A stretch of 63,317 nucleotides of DNA, the filler included, from Chrysochromulina tobinii (lineage: Eukaryota): assembly GCA_001275005.1 (NCBI GenBank). It is 5 parts of 5 records of this genome, joined end to end, with 100 filler letters (N's around TTAATTAATTAA, not from the genome) between each part and the next. Parts side by side here need not be neighbours in the genome. Positions count along the whole stretch, not along the records: positions 1 to 20,263 come from JWZX01001359.1; 4 more parts are not named here. One strand, given 5' to 3'. The position numbers and the translations under genes are program-made. A model generated the notes under the pieces. That model was not told the DNA's origin and ran no database searches. It saw nothing but the letters and a program-made list of their open reading frames with translations. Of this stretch, positions 1 through 12,200 are shown piece by piece (position 1 is the stretch's first letter; every line of letters starts with the position of its first letter).

Positions 1-343
1 TACGTGTAGTCGTGTACATGAAGCCGACAAAGAGCTTCACCATGTCGAGCGTGGGCGCTTGCTCGCCGAGGTCGTACAGCGCCAGGAAGAGCTTCCACCG
101 CTTCGCCATCGAGTTTACCGCGTGCTCGTACTTCACCTTCTCGCCCGCCGGACCATCCGCATTCTTCATCAACGTGGCGAGCTCCTCCATCATGCTCAGC
201 TCGAGCTCGTCCTCTTCCTCGTCGAGGCCGAGCTCGTTGAGGACCTTCAGCGTGTGAAGCTTCGGCGCGTTCGTCGACGCCTTCAGCGTCGCGCCGAGCT
301 CACGCAACGCCGCCGCCGCCTCCGCCTCTGCCTTTGCCGACAT
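1..343 (-). CDS. Partial ORF running off the window edge; hypothetical protein, weakly similar to the N-terminal core-binding domain of tyrosine recombinases
   Basis: Manual translation from ATG at 343 is open to position 1: MSAKAEAEAAAALRELG...KYEHAVNSMAKRWKLFLALYDLGEQAPTLDMVKLFVGFMY. It has GC3-biased codons. It is missing from the ORF track because it has no stop in the window. Confidence 0.45.
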   Translation of the reverse strand, partial: MSAKAEAEAAAALRELGATLKASTNAPKLHTLKVLNELGLDEEEDELELSMMEELATLMKNADGPAGEKVKYEHAVNSMAKRWKLFLALYDLGEQAPTLDMVKLFVGFMYTTTR

Positions 344-733
344 CGGGCAACGGCGCGGGCCGACTGGCCACTTTTTCGGAAAATGTGGCCGGCCAACAAA
401 ATGGCCAACTTTTGCGTATTATCGCAACCCGCAACCAAAAATAGCCGACCAATCCGACCTAACGCTTTCAACAGCCTTGGCTGGTACCCCCGTCATCGCA
501 GCGATGCTCTCAGGGCTCGTTCCGCGCGACCTGGTGCTCCGCTGCCACCTCTACCTATGGTATTATTTTTTACTTTTTACCCGTTCTACCTGTCCCGGCT
601 CCGCGGTGTCTTTTTACCCGGAACCGTGAACTGAAACTGCAAACTCACCAAGGGGCTGGGAGCCCCTTGAACTCACACAGGCGTCTCCCTACTCGTCGCC
701 GAAACCACTGGCGCGCTCGCTCCAGCCTCGTTC

Positions 734-3700
734 ATGACCATCCTCCGCCTCCTCGCGCGCCAGACGCGCCTCCCCGGCGCCACTGACAACACGCGATTCG
801 GCGAGGGCCGCGCGTCCCCCCGCAGCTTCCTCACGCACCACGTTGCCAACATCTCCACCGCCATGAAGCCGCCGACGCCCAAAGTCGCGTCTGTCGTGTT
901 AACGTTCACACAGGCACACAGAGGGCGCCACAAGGAGATGATCACACTCTTCGCCGCCACGCCGCCTCACCCGCAGGAGCTCCTCGCAGCGCGCGAGATC
1001 CGTCGCTACATCTTCTGTAGTACCGGTGTCCTGAGCAACATTTCGTTGCGTGGTTGCGGCGATGCCATCCTAGACGAGGCGCGCGGAAACGTCGTGCTGC
1101 TCACTGCCGCCTGTGCGCGCAAAGCTCGCGGTCCGGAAGACGCGACGCTGCGCGCCGTCTCGAACTTGGAGGGCGAAGCGCTCCTCGTGCACCACTCCGT
1201 CGAGCGCAACCCCTTCGTCGTCGGGGGCGGCAGTGCGCTCGGCTTGCTCTACGGAGCGTACCACTTTGCCGAGATCGCCCTCGGCGTACACTTTGGCATC
1301 GGCGGCGACATCTGCGTGCAGAGGATCTGGGCAGGCTATCTCGCTGACGCTTCGCGCGCGCTCCGGGAGCGCGGCGGCGTGCGCGCGCCGCGCTTCGCGA
1401 CGCGCGGTCTCAACCCTTTCCACGATTTTTTCGAGGGGCCTGATCTATGGGAAAAAGGGAACTACAAGATTTACGGCGCGCAGATGGCGAAGCTGCGGCT
1501 AAACGTGCTGGTCTTGCACAACTACAACGACTACCAAGAGGAAGGCGCCGTATATGGAGCTGGGTACGCCGAGCCGACGGTCTGGCTCGGCCCACCGTCA
1601 GACGTGGATGGCCTTGGGCACGTGCACTCGTCGTACGCCAACGGCACCATGCCAATCAGCTGGGCCTCCACATGCATCTCCAAGGACGGCGCTCCGCCGG
1701 TGCCGACCGGGTCGTTTGTGAGCGGCGCCGCGCTCCTTTTTGGCACCCCCTGCGTGCAGGAGCGCTGGCAGCCGTTGTCCGCAGCGGTCGATACCGTCGA
1801 GGCGCACGTTGCCGCCTTCAACGACGCCTCCAGTCTGTTTGGTGAAGTGTTCCCGCCGCTGCGAGCGCGCGGCGTGAAGAGTGCGATCGGCTCGGAGGTG
1901 CCGTCAGCACCGCCGAAGGTGTTCAATACGACGCTGGTCTACCTAAATGCCTTCCGCGCTCCATCCGACAGCCTGCTCACCTCGGGTTACTACGCTTGTG
2001 AGTACTCGACCAAGTGTGACTGGATGTGTGGGACGATCGCGCAAGGCAGGCGCCTGGCGTGTGCGCCCGAATTCGACTACCAGGAGCCGTACCTTCATCA
2101 CAACGTCCAAGGATGGGTGCTCGCCAACCAAGCCGCGGGCACGCTGCCCCTGGCCACGTACTACAACGGCTCCAAAGCGTCGCCCGGGAACACGTTGCTC
2201 TGTGTGGAAGAGGAAGAGGGTTCGCGCTGCAATTACATGCCGTGCTGCAATTATGTGCGCGTGCGGGCCGAGGGGTACGTCTACCCACCTTCGGTGCGGC
2301 AGGACGCGCTCCCAGAGGGGATCAACCTCGGCACCGACCTGTACCCGCTGCGGCTTTGGAGGTGCAACGCCACCAGCCTCGATCACGGTCGTGCGCGCGG
2401 AGATCCGCAGCCCTGTGATCCAGCCTCGGGCGACATGATGGCCACCTCGTCGCCGCTGCTCGAGCAGGACGCGGCGGCGATGGGGTACGTGCCTTGCGCG
2501 CACATAGGCCAAGTCTTCCGCCACCGGCCGCGCGCGTGGCTGCAATCGACCTACGAGGGCGCGCTGTCCCGGGCGACACGTGCCTTCCAGCTCGACTATT
2601 TCTGGCTGTGGACGCAGGAGGTGTGGAATGCGCGAGACCCGTTTGGCAGCCATGGGAACGCTTCGTGGGCTGCGGTGGGCAGCGACGCGGTGCAGACCGC
2701 CGTGGACGACTTCCTCGCCCTCGACGGCGCGCGGCACGCCCTCGGCCTCTCCGATAGTCTTGGCCTCGTCACAGGAGGCTGGACCCTCGGCCCACGCCAG
2801 CAGCGCGCCTACTTTGACTCAGTGCTGCCCCAAGGCTGGGCGCTCGCATCGCTCGATGAGCTGCTCGGTACGGTAGACGTGGAGCCCGAGTACGCGAACG
2901 TGACGCGCCACCCGTCGATCGTCATGCCCTGGCTCGAGGACGATCCGCATTTGGGTGTCAGCCAGCTCTGGGTCAGCCGCACGCTTGCGCACCTCGAGCA
3001 GGGCGCCGTGTTGGGCGCGACGGGCGCCGTGCCGATCACGTGGCGCATGGAGGCGATTGCGCCCACGCTGTATGCGGCCTCGCGGGCGAGCTGGGAGGCG
3101 AATCTCACCGCGCGCCAGGTGTGGCAAGATTGGTCCACTGGCGAGTTTGGCCTCACCTCCAAGGCGCACGCAGACGCCTTTGCGACGGCGTGGCTGGACC
3201 TCGAGGGCATCGAGGGCACTCTGACCTTCGCCGGCTGCCCGGGCACGGTGCAATTCTGCTCCGACGGCGCGGCCATCGACGATGTAGAGCGGCGAGTGCT
3301 CAGCCTGCTGTTGCTCGCGCCGCTCGTGTCGCCCTCCCCCGAACATGCCGACCGCTGGCGCAAATGGAGCTCGCTGCTCACGTATACCGTCGCCGCAGCG
3401 CGCGCCGCGTGCGTGGCGGACGAGTACAAGGGCTTCGCGGCGCAGGCGCGCGCGCTGCCGCCCTCGGATGAGCGACGCGCCCTCGCGAACGACACCCTTC
3501 TTCCACTGAAGCAGCGGATGGTGGCCGCAGCTACCAACCTGACCACGTTGCTGCTCGAGGCGACGGACGGGCCGGGGGAGATGGGTATGCTTGCGACGCT
3601 CCACTTGAGTGTTCTCTTCCTTGAGGCCAGCGACAGTGGCTTTGGCGAGAACCTGCTCAATCAGAGCGCGGCAAACGAACTCGAGATCTGGCTAGGGGGC

Positions 3701-4102
3701 GCGCTGCCGCCCTCAGCGCGCCTGCCCGCCCCCGGCTTCCGTGGCACCGAGCGGATCGTCTGCCTGGAGCCACGCTCGACCGCGGACTTTGCCGAGATGA
3801 TGCAGCTCAGCGTGAGTATCCTCTCTGTACCACAGCCTGTTCCTCTCCGGGTCAGCGTGACCGCCTTCCATCGCCCGCTCGGCCAGGGCAAGTGGATTCC
3901 AGTGCCCATGTCCGTTCACGGCACCCAGGGGCAAGTGTACCGAGTTAGTCTACCCGTGGATGCACACGGCGGCGAGGACTTTGAGTACTACATCCGCGCT
4001 GACCTGGTGGAGGGAACATCCTTGTACTGGCCGCCAGGCGCGCCGGAGCGCACGCAGACGGTAGTCGTGATGGGCGGCCCCGAGGCTCCCAAAATGTCCT
4101 GA
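734..4102 (+). CDS. Large glycoside hydrolase-like protein: GH20/GH67-type N-terminal domain plus TIM-barrel-like domain, with an inserted DUF5648-like repeat region
   Basis: 1122-aa intronless ORF. Motifs ELLAAREIRRY, GGSALGLLYGAYHFAE, PRFATRGLNPFHDFFEGPDLW, YFWLWTQE, TGGWTLGP and PWLEDDP. The true start may be later (~938). Confidence 0.6.
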   Translation: MTILRLLARQTRLPGATDNTRFGEGRASPRSFLTHHVANISTAMKPPTPKVASVVLTFTQAHRGRHKEMITLFAATPPHPQELLAAREIRRYIFCSTGVLSNISLRGCGDAILDEARGNVVLLTAACARKARGPEDATLRAVSNLEGEALLVHHSVERNPFVVGGGSALGLLYGAYHFAEIALGVHFGIGGDICVQRIWAGYLADASRALRERGGVRAPRFATRGLNPFHDFFEGPDLWEKGNYKIYGAQMAKLRLNVLVLHNYNDYQEEGAVYGAGYAEPTVWLGPPSDVDGLGHVHSSYANGTMPISWASTCISKDGAPPVPTGSFVSGAALLFGTPCVQERWQPLSAAVDTVEAHVAAFNDASSLFGEVFPPLRARGVKSAIGSEVPSAPPKVFNTTLVYLNAFRAPSDSLLTSGYYACEYSTKCDWMCGTIAQGRRLACAPEFDYQEPYLHHNVQGWVLANQAAGTLPLATYYNGSKASPGNTLLCVEEEEGSRCNYMPCCNYVRVRAEGYVYPPSVRQDALPEGINLGTDLYPLRLWRCNATSLDHGRARGDPQPCDPASGDMMATSSPLLEQDAAAMGYVPCAHIGQVFRHRPRAWLQSTYEGALSRATRAFQLDYFWLWTQEVWNARDPFGSHGNASWAAVGSDAVQTAVDDFLALDGARHALGLSDSLGLVTGGWTLGPRQQRAYFDSVLPQGWALASLDELLGTVDVEPEYANVTRHPSIVMPWLEDDPHLGVSQLWVSRTLAHLEQGAVLGATGAVPITWRMEAIAPTLYAASRASWEANLTARQVWQDWSTGEFGLTSKAHADAFATAWLDLEGIEGTLTFAGCPGTVQFCSDGAAIDDVERRVLSLLLLAPLVSPSPEHADRWRKWSSLLTYTVAAARAACVADEYKGFAAQARALPPSDERRALANDTLLPLKQRMVAAATNLTTLLLEATDGPGEMGMLATLHLSVLFLEASDSGFGENLLNQSAANELEIWLGGALPPSARLPAPGFRGTERIVCLEPRSTADFAEMMQLSVSILSVPQPVPLRVSVTAFHRPLGQGKWIPVPMSVHGTQGQVYRVSLPVDAHGGEDFEYYIRADLVEGTSLYWPPGAPERTQTVVVMGGPEAPKMS

Positions 4103-4683
4103 GGAGGCTCCGATTCGGAGCCCCTACCCTTCGGACCCCCCCTAAAGGCCGGCGCGGCCGCCGCCGGCGCGGTGCCAGAGCCCCCCAGGGTCCGCCGCCC
4201 CTTGTGGGTGTGGCGCCCTGGCTTCATCGTTTCCTCCGAGTGCGATTGGAGTAACTGCCCCGCCACATGCACATCCGACATCGTGGAGTCATAACTCGCT
4301 GATTCCGGTCTTACGTTTATACTCGTTAATCGGATGACGTATTTGTATAGAGACTGACCCGTGCGTCCCGCAGGGTTCGGTTTCGTCGTGGAGTCTTCGA
4401 CCGACGACCCGTACCCCGTACGGTGGAGTGACTCGTGGTCGTGCGTGTGTACATCGAACAGATCCCGATCTCCGCCGATCTGCCATCTGGCTATCTCCGG
4501 CGACGGCACCGCGTTTATACATTTTCATTCACTGACCATTAAATGATGCTGCCAATGGATCGAGGATCGTGCGAACAACTGGAGAACACGACATGCATGC
4601 CTCCACATGCGCGCGCCGCGCCACAGAATTACGAGGCGCGAGAGCGCTAGCGCTTGTGGCTTGAGCATCCAAGAGCACATGCC

Positions 4684-5919
4684 TCATCGACCGTGCTGCT
4701 GCCTGTAGCGCGCGCCGAAGCTGCCTGACTCATTGTACTTCAGGTGCCCAAACTGCCCCTCTTGCATGGGGAAAGAGCGCTCACCGGCATGCGGGAACCA
4801 GCACATGATGTCATCCCACGGTCCGACTGCCGGGCTCGGCGGCACCTGCTCCAACTCGGACAGCTGGTTGCCGTACATGTACGAGTTGGCCCCGTGGTAG
4901 AGCCCGTCATAATACGCAGTCAGAGGGCGCTGCGGATGCGGAAACATGTTATGCGTGCCCATCATATCGAAGCAGAGCCCGCCCATCCCGGGCATGAGGC
5001 GCAGCAGGTCAAAGGGCTCGCCGAGGTTGGCTTGCTTCATCAGCCACGGTGAGAACTCATAGAGGACGTACCGAAAGCGCAACGCCCGAAGGGAGTTGAT
5101 CGCGCCACGAAGGACCTTAAGTTCATAGCCCTGCGTGTCGATCTTGAGCAGATGCACGCTCGATGCCCACGACGGCAGCACCGAGTCGAGGCGCACCGAG
5201 GGGACTTCTATCGTATTACTGCGCCCTCGAGCAGCTGCCAAGGAGCCCAGCGCACCATTATTGCCGCTACGGGGCAGAGAGACGGTGGTGTCTTCGTCGC
5301 CCACGGCCGCATGGATGATGTACGCAAAGCCGCCGTGCTGAGGCCTCCGAAGCGGTGGGAGCTCCCATCCCTTGCCACTCGCATCTCTGTGCAACTGGAC
5401 GAATTGCACGTTTTGGGCATTCCCATACCTTGCACGGATGTTGGCCAGGTTGTCGGGCATGGGCTCAAAGGCGAGGACGACAAAGCCGTTCTGCACCGCC
5501 GCCATCGTCTCCGCTGCGTCTTCACCCAGTCCGATGTCAACAATGATCGAGCCGAATCCCCCAGCAAAGATAGTCTTCGGTGGCTGCATGTTGCCCGCGC
5601 CGCACTGCCACTCACGAAGCAGCCCATGGATCCCATCAGATAGGTCTGCAAGCTCTGCACGGCCGCGATGCTTGCCGTGGTACGGGCGAGTCCCATCTTG
5701 TTGAAGTGCTCTTGAGCTCGTGGGTGCTGTGAGCTCCTCCCGCTTCAAGATGCTGCTCGCTTTCCTCTCTGCCGCTAGCGCATCACCACCACCACCCACC
5801 CGGTCAGTTTGCAATCGTCGACCGACGGATAGGCATGTACCAGCGGCTCCAATGAAAACGCCAACAAGGACCGCGCCGAGGAGCGCGGCCAGAGAAGAAG
5901 AAGTCACGTTCTGAACCAT
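4684..5919 (-). CDS. FkbM-family (Methyltransf_21) SAM-dependent methyltransferase with N-terminal membrane anchor
   Basis: IIVDIGLG, VLAFEPMPDN, HAAVGD, VRLDSVL and LLKIDTQGYELKVLRGA motifs; hydrophobic N-terminus. Confidence 0.85.
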   Translation of the reverse strand: MVQNVTSSSLAALLGAVLVGVFIGAAGTCLSVGRRLQTDRVGGGGDALAAERKASSILKREELTAPTSSRALQQDGTRPYHGKHRGRAELADLSDGIHGLLREWQCGAGNMQPPKTIFAGGFGSIIVDIGLGEDAAETMAAVQNGFVVLAFEPMPDNLANIRARYGNAQNVQFVQLHRDASGKGWELPPLRRPQHGGFAYIIHAAVGDEDTTVSLPRSGNNGALGSLAAARGRSNTIEVPSVRLDSVLPSWASSVHLLKIDTQGYELKVLRGAINSLRALRFRYVLYEFSPWLMKQANLGEPFDLLRLMPGMGGLCFDMMGTHNMFPHPQRPLTAYYDGLYHGANSYMYGNQLSELEQVPPSPAVGPWDDIMCWFPHAGERSFPMQEGQFGHLKYNESGSFGARYRQQHGR

Positions 5920-6255
5920 GGCTCTTGCTTCCTCGATGACAGTTGCAATTGGCTGTGACGCGCTGTCGTTTCGTGAAACTAAAAGAGGGGGGTGACATAC
6001 GAAAAATGAATATGTTGGGTGCTCAGCTCGTCTTGATCAAGATACAAGACCAAGAGGTGACGCGACATGTAGTGTGGTTCTGCCCTCCGGATCGCGCGCG
6101 CGGTTGGCACCTGGTGTTTTGACTTGACTTGACTTGACCTGACTTGACTTTTTTTCCTTTGTCTTCGCGCCACAAGTCTCCACCGCGGCTGCGCCAACAC
6201 TCCACCAACCTTCTCGGCAGAGCGTGCCGTCAGCGGCACTTCGCCTCGCGCAAGA

Positions 6256-9200
6256 ATGCTCCCGAGCACCAAGCGCCCCTTTGACGGTGGCACCTCGCAC
6301 CTGTCCGCTTACGAGGCCAAACGCGCCAAGAACATGGAGGACAATGCCGAGGTGCGCTCACTCACAATTGGCGGCCCTACTGCCTTCTTCTCACAATGCC
6401 CCGTGTTTTCCGTTCTCTCGGCAGGAGCTGCGCAAGCTCGGGCTCATGGGGAGCATCGTCCCAAAGGCCAGTGCCCCGACGGTCTCGGGCGGCGCGATGG
6501 TGCGCTCCTCCGATCCGGATGCAGCGCTCAAGGCGCCGGCGAGGCTGCTGCCATCAACCCTGTGGCAGCAGTCGGTCGCGGCGCTGCCGTCCGCCAAGAC
6601 GCGCGCCCAGCAGCTGGCCGATGACCTTCTGACCGACTGCGAAGTATGCGGCGGCGGCGACGACGAGCCAAACAACGAGCTGCTGCTCTGCGACAGGGAA
6701 GGCTGCGGGCGTGGCTACCACCAAAGGTGCCTCAATCCCATTCTCGAGCGCGTGCCGAAGCGCCGATGGCTGTGCCCCGAGTGCGTCGAGGCCTTCGGGG
6801 CGACTGGACCCGTGCCAGACGCCGGTGTGATGGGCTGCGCTGACGACGCGGCCGACTCCGTCGGCGCGACCCCGAGGGCGCCCGACAGCTGGTCGTCGTC
6901 GGCGGCGACGGCCTTTGGCGCCGCCTCGGCCTCGGCGGGATGCTCCTGCTCTGCAGCCGGGGCGGCGGCGGCGGCGGCCCTCGGCGGCAGCAACGCCACG
7001 GGCGCGGCCGACGCCCTCGACGCGGCCTCGGCAGCGGGTGTGGCGCGGGACTGGTGCACGCGCCGCCGCTCGATGTTGCAGCAGGCGCGCGCGGCGCTGC
7101 ACCTGGCGACGGTGCCTGCCGCGCTGCTGTGCCGCGAGGAGCAGCTGCGCACCGTACTCGACTTTTGCGGCGAGCGCCTCGCCGCTGGCCAGGGCGGCGC
7201 CATGTACGTCTCTGGCTCCCCGGGGCTAGGTAAAAGCCTCACCATTCGGCAGGCACACGATCGACTGGCTGAGGAGCTCTCTCCTTCGCACCGGCTCGCA
7301 CTCGTCAACGCCTTTCACCTCGCGTCGCCCGCGGCGGTGTATGCCACGCTGCTCGCCGAGCTCGGCGCCGAGCCGCGCGAGGCCGGTGAGGCCGGCGGCT
7401 CCGCTGCCATCACGCGGCGTCCAGAGGCTGAGGCTCGGATGGCGTTCGAGGCGTTCATCTTGCGCAGCGACGCGCCGGCGGCCTCTGGAGGTGGCAATGG
7501 CGGCGGCAAGCGCGCCGCACCCAAGGCCGCCGCGCACATGCCTGTGCCCGCCGCTAATCCGCCCAGGGCGGCGTCGGCCAAGGGAGCGATTGCCAAGGAG
7601 ATGGCAGCCCCGGAGGCGGCAGGTGCGAACAGGTGCGACGGCATGCAACCCTCGCGACCGACTCGGAAGCGGCGCGGCGCGGCCGAAGGCGTTGAGCCCG
7701 GGGCTGCTACCGCCACCGGAGCCGAAGCCGAGGGCGAGGGCGTCTGCGAGGGCACATTCGACGACGACGACGGCGGCGGCGCGGGTGACTCAATGGAATT
7801 CATCGAGAGAGCGGCCGAGGGCGTCGGCCGACCTCTTAAGGCGCGCTCCAAGATGGCTGCACACGCTATCGGCTCGCCGGGGAGCGACGGTGAGGCACCC
7901 GCACTGCTGTCACCGGTGCATGGCGAGGCGCTCGGATCGCCATCCGTCGACCCTGGCAGCCAGCGCCGCTTGCCCACCATGTTTCAGTCGATTCCTGCCG
8001 CCTCGCAGAGGGCAGCAGCACCGCCGCCGAGCCTGCTGCCCTCGCGCGTCGCGTCGCGCTCTGGCCGGACGGCGCCGCCCGGCAGCGTCGTACTGCCCAG
8101 CAGCGTCGTGGGGTCAACGCCCAGCAGTGCCATGGCTGGGGCCTACTGTGGCGGCGCCGCGCCCCCTGGCAGCGTCGCGCCGCTCCGCAGCGCGATGGTG
8201 CCGCGCAGTGCTGCCGCGCCGATGACCTCAGCGCCGCCCATGTCGGTGACCAGCAGCGATGGCGGCCCAACGATCGGCCGGCCGGCGGCTCCCATTGAGG
8301 AGCGGCGCCAGTCGCCTCGCGCGCATGCCTCCTCGGCCGCCCGTGCCGCCGCTGCCGCAGAGGAGACGGGCGCTTGCGACGGTGGTGTCGGCGACGCTCG
8401 TGTCCTCGCGCCCATCCCGATGGCGATGCCACTGGCTTCGGCGGCGACGGTGGACGATGGTTATCCGGTGGCTCCGTGCAGCGCCATGAAGCGTATCTCG
8501 CCACGTGGCAACCCCTCAACCGCGGCACAGCTCGCCGCGGCCGCGGCCGCGGCGCGCGAGCCCTCATCTTCCTCGGGTGCCTCGAACAGCAGCAGGCGCA
8601 TCGCTCAGCAAGATCAAGACTGGCTCGAGATCATGCACAGCCAGTCTGATGACGGGTCCGGCGCCGCCGCGGGCGGCGCGCCGGCTGCGAGCGGCGCGGC
8701 TGCTGGCGCGCCCTCTCCTGCCAGCGGCAGTGTCGGCGTCGTCGTCGGTGACAGCGCCTTTAGCGCGCGACTGCCCAAGTCTGCGCGTCCGAAGCCAGCG
8801 CCGCTCGCAATCGTCGCGGCCGAGGCGGCGGCGTTTGCAGGCGCGGACGGATCGGCCTCGAGCGCGCCACCCACGGACCAGCTGCACGTGGGTAAGCAGG
8901 TACGCGCCAAGTACGCTGCCTCGATGCCGAAGGCGAAGCGGCCGCGCAACAAGTTCGTTGACCGCTGGTACACGGCGGTTGTGACGGCCGTGCATGCGGA
9001 TGGCTCGTGCGATGTCACGTACGACACCGACGGCGTCGTCGAGTACGGCGTCCTTCCCGCGTATGTCAGAGCGCTCTCGAGCGTCGACTTCGCCTCGCCG
9101 AACGTCGCCGGGCCGCCCTCGCGCGCCCCCGGCGAGGCGCCCTCATATCCCGCCCTGCTCAATGCCCAGCTGCCAAAGGTCGATGCATCTTCGGCGGCTG

Positions 9201-12200
9201 CCTTGGCGGCTTCCGCCTCGGGGCCGCGCGCGCTGGCAACGGCGTCCGACACGGCGGCCGGCAGCGATTTGCCGTTTGGCGCGGCCTCTGCAGTGGGCGA
9301 GAAGCTGCAGGCGCAGGACTCGCGCTCGGGGATCTGGTACGACGCCAAGGTCGTCAAGATTGACGGCGAGGGCGACGGGTGCTCTCTCAAGGTGCACTAC
9401 ATGGGATGGAAGGCACGCTTCGACGAGTGGATCCGGGTCGACCAGGGGCGGCTCCGGGCGATGGGCGCGCCCTCGCCGCGCGCGCCTCAGCCTGACGGCT
9501 CCGCGCCCGAGGCGGAAGACGACGACGAGGCGGCGGCCGTGGAAGCTCACGATGATACGGCGCCTTCGGAGGAGAAGCCCATGTGCGATCGCCTGTACGG
9601 CGTCGAGTGCGGCGTGGGCGATATGATGCACGCCAAGGATAGCTACGGCAAGTGGTACGACGCCAAGGTCGTTGAGGTGCGCGGTGAGGGCGAGTCGCGC
9701 GAGCTCAAGGTGCACTACATGGGGTGGAAGGCGCGCTTTGACGAGTGGATGCAAGTTGGAATCGGGCGGCTGAAGCCCAAGGGTGGTCCCTCGCCGCCAC
9801 GCACGCTCGAGGAGATGGCTGCTGCCAGGGAGGCTGCCGAGCGCGAGGCGGCGGACAAGGCTGAGGCTGCGGCTGAGGCTGCGGCGGCGGCGAAAGCGCT
9901 TGCTGAGGCCGAGGCTCAGGCGAAGGCGAAGGCAAAAGCGAAGGCGAAGGCCGAGGCTACTTCGGCAAAGGCCGAGGCGGCGAAGGCCGAGGCGGCGAAG
10001 GCCGAGGCGGCGAAGGCGAAGGCAGCGGAGGGGGAACATGCGAAACGTCTCGACTACGATCCCTCGAGCTTCGGGGTTGATAGCGTCATCGGCGATCGCC
10101 TGCAAGCCCAGGACAACAAGGGCCACTGGTATGACGCAAAAGTAGTGGATGTGCGCTGCGAGGGCCTCGACCGCGACGTCAAGGTGCATTACATGGGTTG
10201 GAGGACGCGCTATGACGAGTGGATCCTCGTGACGGACCGACGGCTGCGGCCCATCGGGGCGAGCTCACCACCAGCGCATCGGGCCGGGCCCCCACAGAAG
10301 AGCCCACCTCGGCAGAGACCCTCGGCAGAGGAGGCACCGCGCGAGGACGCAAAGATGCTCGATCCGGACTTTGGCAACGACGCTGTCGTGGGCGATAAGC
10401 TAAGAGCGATGGACTCACGCGGCGACTTCTACGACGCACGCGTGGTGGCTGTTGATGACGAGGGTGAGACCCGCTCGCTGCGCATCCACTTTCTTGGCTG
10501 GAACAAGCGATGGGATGAGTGGGTCGAGGTCGGCGCCGGGCGGCTGATGGAAATCGGCGCGCTGTCGCCATGTGTGGTCCAGCCGGACGGGAGTGCGCCA
10601 GAAGACGAACATTTCGGCACCTTGCTGCAACCCGGCGACTACCTCGAGGCTCGTGATTCCATTCATGGCAAGTGGTATCACGCCAGGGTGGTCGACACTG
10701 AGGGCGAGGGCTTCGATAGGCAACTTCTCGTGCACTTTCTTGGGTGGAAGGCCAAGTGGGATGAATGGGTTCCTGTCGGCGAGGGTCGGCTGCTTCCATG
10801 GGGCACTCCGGCGCCCGACGAGGAGGGGGAAGAGGAGGGTGAGGAGGAGGAGGCGGAGGGGGAGGGGGCGGAGGCGGAGGCGGAGGAGGCGGAGGAGGGG
10901 CAGGAAGCGATGAAAGAGGCGATGGATACGGAGGAAGATCCCGCATTTGCAGTCGACGCTGCGGTGGGCGACTGGCTGCGGGCCAAGGACAGCTACGGCA
11001 CGTGGCACGATGCCAAGATCATCGAGCTCAAAGGCGAGTGCAAGGCGCGCGAGGTCAAGGTTCATTATAACCGATGGAACAAGCGTTGGGATGAGTGGAT
11101 CGAGGTCGGCGCCGGGCGACTGAAGACGATCGATGCGCCGTCGCCGTGCGAGATCCAGCCGGACGGGAGCGCACCCGAGGCCGAGGCGGAGGAGGAGGAG
11201 CCGGAGGAGGAGGAGCCTGAGGAGGAGCCTGAGGAGGAGCCTGAGGAGGATGACAACGAGGAGCAGGAGGACGGCGGGAAGGCAGAGCTTGACCCATCTT
11301 TCGGCAACGACCTTGTCGTGGGCGATAAGCTAAGAGCGATGGACTCAAAGGGGAAATTTTACGACGCACGCGTGGTGGCTGTTGATGACGAGGGTGAGAC
11401 CCGCTCGCTGCGCGTCCACTTTCTTGGCTGGAACAAGCGATGGGATGAGTGGGTCGAGGTTGGCGCCGGGCGGCTGATGAAAATCGGCGCGCTGTCGCCA
11501 TGCGTGGTCCAGCCGGACGGGAGTGCGCCCGAAGACGAGGCGGGGGAGGAGGCGGAAGAGCCCGATGAGGAGCCTGATGAGGAGCCTGATGAGGATGACA
11601 ACGAGGAGCAGGAGGACGAGGAGTCCAAACCAGCTGCGGCTCCCAATCCTTCTTTTGGTATTCACTCCTCAGTGGGCGAGAAGCTGCAGGCGCAGGACTC
11701 GCGCTCGGGGATCTGGTACGACGCCAAGGTCGTCAAGATTGACGGCGAGGGCGACGGGTGCTCTCTCAAGGTGCACTACATGGGATGGAAGGCACGCTTC
11801 GACGAGTGGATCCGGGTCGACCAGGGGCGGCTCCGGGCGATGGGCGCGCCCTCGCCGCGCGCGCCTCAGCCTGACGGCTCCGCGCCCGAGGCGGAAGACG
11901 ACGATGAGGCGGCGGCCGTGGAAGCCAAGGAGCCCCCTCCGCCGCCCCCGCCTCCCTCGATGAGCTACGAGAACTATGGCGTCGACGCCAAGGTAGGCGA
12001 CGCACTCGAGGCGCTCGACGTGCTTGGGAAGTGGCATTCGGCGCGCGTCGTGCAACTCGAGGGCGAGGGCATGGCGCGCACGGTCCTCGTACACTTCCCC
12101 GGTTGGAACGCAAAGCGATGGGATGAGTGGATTCAAGTAGGCACGGGGCGGCTCAAGCCCCTAGGTGCTCCAGCGCCCAGCGCCCCGCCTGCTCAGATGC

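Noticed and set aside
6118..6150. (TTGAC)n tract upstream of CDC6, also inverted at ~28805-28822, as a regulatory motif
   Set aside because: There are only two instances of a simple repeat, which is insufficient to claim function.
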